The translations under genes and the position numbers were made by a program. Of a DNA stretch of 64,000 bases, positions 57,208 to 64,000 are shown piece by piece; position 1 is the first letter of the stretch; the number at the start of each line of letters is the position of its first letter. The notes beneath the pieces were generated by a model, which was not told the DNA's origin, made no database searches, and worked only from the letters and a program-made list of their open reading frames with translations. The stretch is from Candidatus Kaiserbacteria bacterium RIFCSPLOWO2_01_FULL_50_24 (lineage in GTDB: Bacteria; Patescibacteriota; Minisyncoccia; Phycocordibacterales; UBA2100): positions 4,948 to 68,947 of the forward strand of contig MFLU01000002.1 of NCBI GenBank assembly GCA_001783335.1, written 5' to 3'.

Positions 57208-57952
57208 TAAAAAGGGCCGTTACTTTTTTAATATTCGTACTCGAGCGGCCGACAAGGAAACCTCCAATGTCGCCCTGTGCGAGCATATCGCGCGCGTTTC
57301 CCGCGTCTATCGCGCCGCCGTAAAGAATCATTGGGAACGTGCTGACCTGCGCGGGAGCGTACATCTCAGCGATGCATTTCCGTATGAAAATCACCATTTC
57401 CTGCATGTCGTTCGGCTTCATTGCTTCCTCCGCGCCGATGGCCCATACCGGCTCATAAGCAACCAGAGTGCTCGCTATTCTTTTTTGCGGCACGTTCGTG
57501 TATGCGGAGTGCAACTGTTCTTTTACGACCCCAAAATATTCTCCGGAATCCGAGCGTTCTTTTTCTCCTATGCAAATGATTGGCACAACGCCGGAAGTGA
57601 GCGCTGCCGCAACTTTCTTGCGTACATCATCGTTCATTTCTCCCGCCGCACGCCGCTCCGCGTGCCCGATGATTGCGTACGCCACCCCCGTATCTTTCGC
57701 CTGCGCGTATGATATCTCTCCTGTGTGCGCGCCACTTTTTTCAAAATGTGCGTTCTGTACTGCAAACGCGGCATTCCGCCCGCGCCTTCCCTTCGCGAGT
57801 GGAGATAAAAATACCGCCGGGGGTGCCACGACTACCCTAACTCCGCGCGCCCCCACTGCCGCTTTCTTTGTTGCTGCGTACAACTTTTTCGCCTCCTTTA
57901 ACGAAGGCGGATTCATCTTCCAATTCGCTACGATAGTTGTTTTATCAATCAT
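57194..57952 (-). CDS. tpiA: Triosephosphate isomerase
   Basis: NWKMN, IGHAERR, AYEPVWAIG, LYGG. Confidence 0.97.
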   Translation of the reverse strand: MIDKTTIVANWKMNPPSLKEAKKLYAATKKAAVGARGVRVVVAPPAVFLSPLAKGRRGRNAAFAVQNAHFEKSGAHTGEISYAQAKDTGVAYAIIGHAERRAAGEMNDDVRKKVAAALTSGVVPIICIGEKERSDSGEYFGVVKEQLHSAYTNVPQKRIASTLVAYEPVWAIGAEEAMKPNDMQEMVIFIRKCIAEMYAPAQVSTFPMILYGGAIDAGNARDMLAQGDIGGFLVGRSSTNIKKVTALFNALR

Positions 57953-58224
57953 ACAGATTCATTTTCTGCCGAAAATGTTCGAGCGAAGCGAGATTACATT
58001 TTCGAGCATCCATGCATCATTTTGCAGTTTGCATGGTCTGCAAAATGGTGCTGGGCAATTTGCAACGACAACCACTTTTGACATAAAACGATTGTACCAT
58101 CTTACTGGTATGCGCCGAGAATGCCCAGCGCTTGTGCGCGGGGATCGACTGGCGGTCCGTTTTTACTTGGTGATTTGTGTCCATGGCAAGGCCTTGCCTT
58201 GCCATATACAGACACACTGGCAAT

Positions 58225-58361
58225 TCTGCATCCACCACCCTAAGTGGAGGAGGCGCACCCGCTTGGGAGACTTAATCGTAGCGGAGCCCAGCACCACTTT
58301 TTGTACACAAAAAGTGGTGCTGGACGTGAGCGGTCTCCCAAGCAGGTGCGCCGACGGAGCG
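58225..58361 (-). repeat. Post-stop cassette type B, copy 2
   Basis: Homologous to 11402-11540. Confidence 0.85.
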
Positions 58362-59789
58362 TTATTTCTCTCTCCACAAAGCAAACCGATAATCCGTTGA
58401 AGTGATTGGAGTAAATGGTGGTGGAGAAAATGCGAGCCGTTGGTCGTAGTAGTCGTTGCGTGTTTGGAAACCGTTGCCGTCCGTCCATGAGGTTCCGGTG
58501 CGACCGTTTGAAATCACGGTGCCTATAGTTGTGAGCGTATCCCGCTTTGCATATGGGTCATACTGTGATGGGAGCCAACTGGTGCTGTGGTAGTCGCGCC
58601 CGTAGTGGCCACTCTGTGCGACGAAGATGCCGTGGATTTCCATAACATCCGGTATGACAAGCGGCAAAAGAACGTTGCGTTCGGCGACGAGTGTGAGTCC
58701 GTCGCTCCCATCATACGAAGCATAGTAAATATTGTTGTTCAAGTAGATATCGGGAGCAGTGCTGGAATCGTCCGGCGTTGCGGCGATAAGCGTCACCTTG
58801 CCATTGACCGTTCCCTCAACCCACACACGGTCTTCAAAAAACATAAGTGAGCACGCGGGAGGAATTGCGAACGTGCCAAGAAGTGTTTGTCCGGTGATGA
58901 TGCTGTACTGCGTTTGGTACCCCCACTGACTTGAATAACTTAAGTAGCCATTTGTTCCCGTTACGCGATAAATCGTAACCGTGCCGTCTGCATTAAAAAT
59001 CACATGATAACCCCGATTATTTACGCTTCCCGTTGCGGGACCATAGTGAATACCTCCTTCGGTTTCCGCACGTGTTTCCAAGTCGGTAAAATTTACACCA
59101 ATCGCAGAAAAATCGATACTTGGAACCGGGTACGTCCAAAGTGCGGGGTTAGAACCGACCCCGAAAACTCCCGCTTGCGTAGAGGGACATCCGGGACCTG
59201 CGTCACACGTCCACGATGCGACGGAGCTCATGACATCGGAATTGTGTACTGCGTCCATGCGCACGCCGCCGTTTGAGTGGTACGGTCCGCGAATAGTGCG
59301 TGATGATCCAGCCCACACGTTCGTGTTCACAACGTATGAGTACTCTGCCGCGGAATACTGCATATATCGTGCTGAAAGCGTACGCGGGAATATAGGGTTT
59401 GCGTTTGCGCGTCCCTCGGAAACAATATCAACCCACTGTACGGCACCGCACTGCAATTGTGCCGATGCGGTTATCTCGGCGCTGCCAAGTTCCCCGCCCT
59501 CGGGGTCGCTCAAGGTGTAGGTGTACGGACTCACCAACCCCGCGCCGCCTTCCATAATTTCCGGATTGTGTGCGAGGAACCATCGGTAATACTCTAGCCC
59601 CGCTTCGGCGGCGTTCTGCGCAACTTCTCGGGCGTAAATGGCGCGCCCGTATTTTGCCTGCGTGAGCGCGTAGCTTCCCAGTGCCCCGAGGATGAGGGCG
59701 AAGACGCCCATAAAACCGAGAACAAGGAGGACGGTGACACCCCGTGAACTAGAACGTAGATTGTAGATTGTAGATTGTAGAGGACGCAT
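58362..59789 (-). CDS. PilX-like minor pilin
   Basis: RG|VTVLLVL N-terminus lacking E5; A.NAAEAGLEY. Confidence 0.8.
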   Translation of the reverse strand: MRPLQSTIYNLRSSSRGVTVLLVLGFMGVFALILGALGSYALTQAKYGRAIYAREVAQNAAEAGLEYYRWFLAHNPEIMEGGAGLVSPYTYTLSDPEGGELGSAEITASAQLQCGAVQWVDIVSEGRANANPIFPRTLSARYMQYSAAEYSYVVNTNVWAGSSRTIRGPYHSNGGVRMDAVHNSDVMSSVASWTCDAGPGCPSTQAGVFGVGSNPALWTYPVPSIDFSAIGVNFTDLETRAETEGGIHYGPATGSVNNRGYHVIFNADGTVTIYRVTGTNGYLSYSSQWGYQTQYSIITGQTLLGTFAIPPACSLMFFEDRVWVEGTVNGKVTLIAATPDDSSTAPDIYLNNNIYYASYDGSDGLTLVAERNVLLPLVIPDVMEIHGIFVAQSGHYGRDYHSTSWLPSQYDPYAKRDTLTTIGTVISNGRTGTSWTDGNGFQTRNDYYDQRLAFSPPPFTPITSTDYRFALWREK

Positions 59790-59891
59790 AAGAGTATCTC
59801 TTGTTTAATTTTACTACCTTCCACTTTCTACAAACTAGTTTATGGTTGGATTTTATTTCTACGCTCTACGTTCTACGAACTACGTACTAAT

Positions 59892-60536
59892 TTATTTTCC
59901 CGCCAAGTTTCTTATCGACGCAGACGACTGAAGCGTGAGTTCGTTCGGAAGCGCTGTCTCGTTAACATTCACAACGAGCGTTACCACAACGAAGCGCACC
60001 GCGGTCCAGTTGTCATAGTTTGTTATCTCACTCCCCAGTTCGTCAAAGTAGCGGAACGTAACGATGTCTTGGGCAACATTGCGCACGTTATCGGCGAGCA
60101 CCGACACCGTTTCTGGTTCAGTATAATCCGGCGGGTTTCCTGTTGCTTTTACGATGCCGCGCATGAGATTCGTTTCGTCAAGATAGTAATGCACGCGCTC
60201 AATGAGGGCATCGGTGTCCACATCGGCATAAAATACAAAGTCATTCTCCGCGATGGAGTGAATGGGAAACGCTCCCTGGCTTGAGTACGCGCTTTCTCGT
60301 ATGACGCGCACGGTTTGTTCCAACCCGCGTTGGGCAGAGGAAACCGCAGTGGCCTGCTCAATCGCATATCTGTTTGTTTTGTAAAAATAAAGGAGTGTTG
60401 TAACGATTGCAATCATGGCGGCGGTGAATACCGCTATCCACACAAGTGTTTCTATCAACGTGAGCCCCCGACACCTTTCATAGCATGGCTCTCTGTGTTG
60501 CCTCACGAAACTCATTGCAAAAAAACCGCGGTTCAT
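59892..60536 (-). CDS. PilW-like minor pilin
   Basis: RG|LTLIETLV; C-terminal S....RN. Confidence 0.85.
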   Translation of the reverse strand: MNRGFFAMSFVRQHREPCYERCRGLTLIETLVWIAVFTAAMIAIVTTLLYFYKTNRYAIEQATAVSSAQRGLEQTVRVIRESAYSSQGAFPIHSIAENDFVFYADVDTDALIERVHYYLDETNLMRGIVKATGNPPDYTEPETVSVLADNVRNVAQDIVTFRYFDELGSEITNYDNWTAVRFVVVTLVVNVNETALPNELTLQSSASIRNLAGK

Positions 60537-62344
60537 AGTGGGTTTAGGACGACGGAGAGACGCGTCGCGTCGTTCACGTCTATGTTCGTGGAATGTTCCT
60601 GAAATCCGGCTTTAGTTATTGTTGTACCGTAGGTACTCTCCGTAAGGCCTCCGAAGTATGATTGCCCGCACGCACTGGTGTTTTTTGTCTCATCGTAACC
60701 GGATTTCGTCAGTCGCACCGACGCGTTCGTCAAAAGCGTACCCGCATTGTCGCGCACGTCTATAAGGAGAGAGTGGGCGCTTGCCGATACGATAAAGACT
60801 TCTGTTGCTTGCGTGGTACCCGGCGACAAAACTTCCGGTTGCGGCGCGCATGCCTCGTAGAGCGAGTATCCTGTAGTGCTCGCAACGCGAATCGTATACG
60901 TATCCCACTCCATGTTTTGAAGTGTAATTCTGCCGTCGCTTCCGGTTATATGCTCCTCGTCGTACTTATATACGGAAGGGTTGTTTCCTATCGCTTTGTT
61001 TCCGCGGAGCGTAAACGTTTTATTCGGGGCAGACTCACGGTATGTATAGTTGACCGTCCACTCATCTACGGCAGGAATTCCTGCCGGCGGTTCCGCCATT
61101 AAGACCGCATGGACGCGGATACTTGGATACTGTGTGTGGGAAACACTTGAAATATCAACTGGAGAATTGGTAAATCCCACGTCGTTTCCCGGGAGGGCGC
61201 TTTCCGGCACAGGGGCGCTTCCATCGCCCATATATATATGGTAGAAGACCTCCGTTTCTCCCGGCTCGGAGTCGTTCCACGAGAGCGTTTTCCAGCCGGT
61301 AAGATTCTGCGGAGTGATAGCGATTGATTGCGCGGATGCGGAGGGGGGGTATGGCGCCGAGCCGGCTACACGTATCCGTCCGCCACTCACTTCAGTGTCT
61401 TGCATGAGTGCGAGCTTTTCGTCGTTGTTGAATTCATCGGTCCACACCCCGTTCACGTCATATAAGAACATTTCAACGGTTTTTGTTGAGATGTAGTCAA
61501 TTGCAAATACTGCCGAGGTGGTTTGATCATCCGCAACCGTGAGATGTCGCGGGTCTGGGTTTGGATTTTCTACGGAGACCGGATACGTTTGCGCGCTTGA
61601 ATAGCCTGGCTTTAACACCGTGATTTGGTAGTCACTCGCCGCGGGAGCGCCGATGAAATTCACCATTCCATCCGCGTTAGTAAATGTGCGGATGCTTATT
61701 GCGGGTGCCGTCGTGGTGTTAATGATGTCCACTTGCGCGTTTGATACAGGCGCGGCCGCTTCGTTTACCGCGCCTATAACGAGCGTGCCGCCAGGAACAT
61801 CGGTTTCAACGCCGTACGGTGACACGCGTCCCACAAGGGCGACGCTACGCGCTCCTTGCCGCGACATCCACTCTGCCTCCACACGCATCGTTTTGTAATC
61901 GGCGGTAATTTCGTTTTCATCGTCTTCTCCAAGTCCATCATTGGGGTCGTCTGAATAGAGTACGATAGTGCGGCGTGTGTATGAGATGCTGTTTAAGAAA
62001 ACCTCCTCCTCTTGCGGCACATTGCCGGCAGGTATGCCTCCGATGACACCTATTTGCGTATACGAAAGAGAGCGCAAGTATTCCATGCGCTCGTTCGCAA
62101 GTGCGATGGCACCCGCCCGCGCCTTGTTGTTGGTCACTACGTTTACGGACAGCTGAAACGCCGCCGCGATTCCCAAAAACACGACGAGCATTAATGCGGT
62201 TCCTACGAGCGTATCCAGCAACGTCACTCCGCGAGAGTGTCGCAAGGTAAGCCCGTGCAAAAACTTTGGCTTCTGTATTTTTGCCGAGACGCGCAACGCA
62301 GTCACAGCAACCGTTCGTTCTTCTACGTGCAATGAGTTATACAT
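60533..62344 (-). CDS. Large PilV-like minor pilin with beta-sandwich repeats
   Basis: RG|VTLLDTLV, A..LANERME.LR; Y.I.V.K.GY modules; start uncertain. Confidence 0.85.
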   Translation of the reverse strand: MYNSLHVEERTVAVTALRVSAKIQKPKFLHGLTLRHSRGVTLLDTLVGTALMLVVFLGIAAAFQLSVNVVTNNKARAGAIALANERMEYLRSLSYTQIGVIGGIPAGNVPQEEEVFLNSISYTRRTIVLYSDDPNDGLGEDDENEITADYKTMRVEAEWMSRQGARSVALVGRVSPYGVETDVPGGTLVIGAVNEAAAPVSNAQVDIINTTTAPAISIRTFTNADGMVNFIGAPAASDYQITVLKPGYSSAQTYPVSVENPNPDPRHLTVADDQTTSAVFAIDYISTKTVEMFLYDVNGVWTDEFNNDEKLALMQDTEVSGGRIRVAGSAPYPPSASAQSIAITPQNLTGWKTLSWNDSEPGETEVFYHIYMGDGSAPVPESALPGNDVGFTNSPVDISSVSHTQYPSIRVHAVLMAEPPAGIPAVDEWTVNYTYRESAPNKTFTLRGNKAIGNNPSVYKYDEEHITGSDGRITLQNMEWDTYTIRVASTTGYSLYEACAPQPEVLSPGTTQATEVFIVSASAHSLLIDVRDNAGTLLTNASVRLTKSGYDETKNTSACGQSYFGGLTESTYGTTITKAGFQEHSTNIDVNDATRLSVVLNPL

Positions 62345-62483
62345 ACCCGTTTCCTTCGGCAAAGCCAAAGTTTGTTGCTGGGCCGAGAAACACAACGAGC
62401 ATTAGCGCTGTGCCGACGAGGGTATCAAGGAGGGTGATGCCTCTTGAAGCATCGATTGCGCATCGTCTAAACCACAGCACCAT
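62337..62483 (-). pseudogene. Truncated prepilin N-terminus (remnant or mini-pilin)
   Basis: SRGITLLDTLVGTALMLVVFLG matches the downstream gene at 21/22 aa, then stops. Confidence 0.65.
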
Positions 62484-62577
62484 TATTGTCTTTCTAATAA
62501 CGGTTGATACGCGTTGCTTACAGAGCTTTTTATTTTTGTTGATAGGCGATCTCATTGTCAATAATGGTGCTGGGTTA
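62469..62577. repeat. CAGCACC-ended hairpin
   Basis: CAGCACCATTATTG...CAATAATGGTGCTG; shares its arm with 41197-41340. Confidence 0.75.
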
Positions 62578-62708
62578 AGAAAAACAGAACCCATCTCAAA
62601 TTTAACGCAGCAAAGTTTGCGCGGACATGAAGATGATTTGTGAGTCTGTCTTTTTTGCGAAGTGAGTCATAAAGATTGGGAAAGGTGCTGGGCAAGCTTC
62701 TTGTTTTT

Positions 62709-63926
62709 CTAAATGTTTTCTGACAGAGAGTAAATCGGTGAAATCATGGATATGGCGAAGAAGCCGACGGCGCCGCCGATTGCCACCATTAAAAACGGCT
62801 CTATGATTGTTGAGAGGTCTTTTGTTTTTCGGTCTACCTCATTTTCGTAGTATTCGGCGAGACGCCTCAGCATCTCGGTGAGTTGTCCGGTCTCCTCTCC
62901 CACTGAAACCATTTCTCCAACAAACGGCGGATAGAGGTGTTCATTTTTAGAAAAGGTCGCAGAGAGGGATTCGCCAGCGCTCACGCGCCTCTCTGCGTCC
63001 TCCAGGACATCGCGAAAATACGAATTTTGAACAACTTCGCCCGTTATCTCAAGTGCCGCGAGCACGTTTATTCCGGAAGAGAGGAGAGACGAGAGCGTTC
63101 GGCTGGTGCGCGCGGCGTTTACCTCGCGCACGATGGTGCCAATCGCCGGTGTCCCCAAAAGTGCTTTATCAAACAGTCGTCTTCCCACCTTACTTTTTAG
63201 TCCTGCGTATATGCCGATAGTCACAACACATAGGAGCACGAGCGCGAGAATCGTGTGTTCCACAAGAAAGTTACTGATTGCGATAACTGCCTGCGTTGAG
63301 GCGGGAAGGTCCGCATTCATTTCTTCAAACGTGTTCGCAAGGGTGGGTACCACCTCTACCATCATGAGGGTGCCGATGCCTATAATCGCTGTTATTACTA
63401 TTGCTGGATAAATCAGCGCGCTCTGCACTTTCTTTTTAAGCGTATGCACGCGCTCCATTTGGTCTGCGATTGTTTTGAGCGCTCCGGGAAGCTCTCCTCC
63501 CTCTTCTCCGGCGCGTACCATAGCGATAAAGAGTGACGAGAATACACGCGGAAATTTTTCAAGCGCCGCATGCAGGGATTCGCCACGGCGCACGCTTCCC
63601 AAGATCTCGGCAATTGTTGCGGATAGTTTTGGATTTTTTGTCTGCCGCTCCATAACGGCAAGCGCGCGCGCGAGTGAGAGCCCCGCAGAGAGCATGGCAC
63701 CGAGGTTTCTCGCGAAAAGAATCTTATTTTGCTCCGAAACATTTGAAATTTTGGAGTTCCAATATGCAAACGACAATACATTCCCGTTCCGGTATTCCTC
63801 TATGGAAAGTATTTTTCCGCCCTCGCGGCGCACCACCTGATAGAGTTCAAACCTATCTCCCGCCTCCGCGGTGCTACGGTATACTTCGCCGCCTTGCCTC
63901 TCGGCGGTGTAGGTGAAACGAGCCAT
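62709..63926 (-). CDS. pilC: Type IV pilus platform protein PilC / T2SS F
   Basis: AGEEGG.L, ALIYP, VGEETG.L, IEP. Confidence 0.95.
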   Translation of the reverse strand: MARFTYTAERQGGEVYRSTAEAGDRFELYQVVRREGGKILSIEEYRNGNVLSFAYWNSKISNVSEQNKILFARNLGAMLSAGLSLARALAVMERQTKNPKLSATIAEILGSVRRGESLHAALEKFPRVFSSLFIAMVRAGEEGGELPGALKTIADQMERVHTLKKKVQSALIYPAIVITAIIGIGTLMMVEVVPTLANTFEEMNADLPASTQAVIAISNFLVEHTILALVLLCVVTIGIYAGLKSKVGRRLFDKALLGTPAIGTIVREVNAARTSRTLSSLLSSGINVLAALEITGEVVQNSYFRDVLEDAERRVSAGESLSATFSKNEHLYPPFVGEMVSVGEETGQLTEMLRRLAEYYENEVDRKTKDLSTIIEPFLMVAIGGAVGFFAISMISPIYSLSENI

Positions 63927-64000
63927 CGTTAAAGTATATCGTGCGCATGTGCGGCAAAGAGGTTATGTCCCCACACGAGCAAAAACACAAAACACCCCAG

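Overview
Chromosomal window around the replication origin of a small-genome bacterium, most likely Patescibacteria/CPR (Parcubacteria-like). This is inferred from gene content and short protein variants; the standard stop codons, including TGA, are used. It carries dnaN-oriC-dnaA / rpmH-rnpA-yidC-jag and DNA repair and recombination genes (ruvA, ruvB, ruvC, yqgF, polA, recJ, rnhA). It also has a scattered type IV pilus/competence set (pilM, pilN, pilB, pilC, minor pilins, comEC), a ~14 kb VirB4/PrgI/VirB6-like/VirB2-like secretion-type cluster with no relaxase or integrase, several large Cys-rich surface proteins, a RelE-type TA pair, pgk-tpiA, sod and three tRNAs. The most unusual content is non-coding. 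(1) A family of hairpins has conserved CCC(C/A)GCACC...GGTGC(G/T)GGG ends but unrelated interiors; it occurs singly, in a three-unit array, nested in other repeats, and in-frame inside a gene. (2) Modular ~140-nt structured cassettes sit 0-5 nt after stop codons, and three of them form an array after tRNA-Lys. (3) A promoter-driven, ORF-less, multi-branched RNA candidate lies upstream of ruvB. All calls come from reading the sequence by eye; no searches were run.
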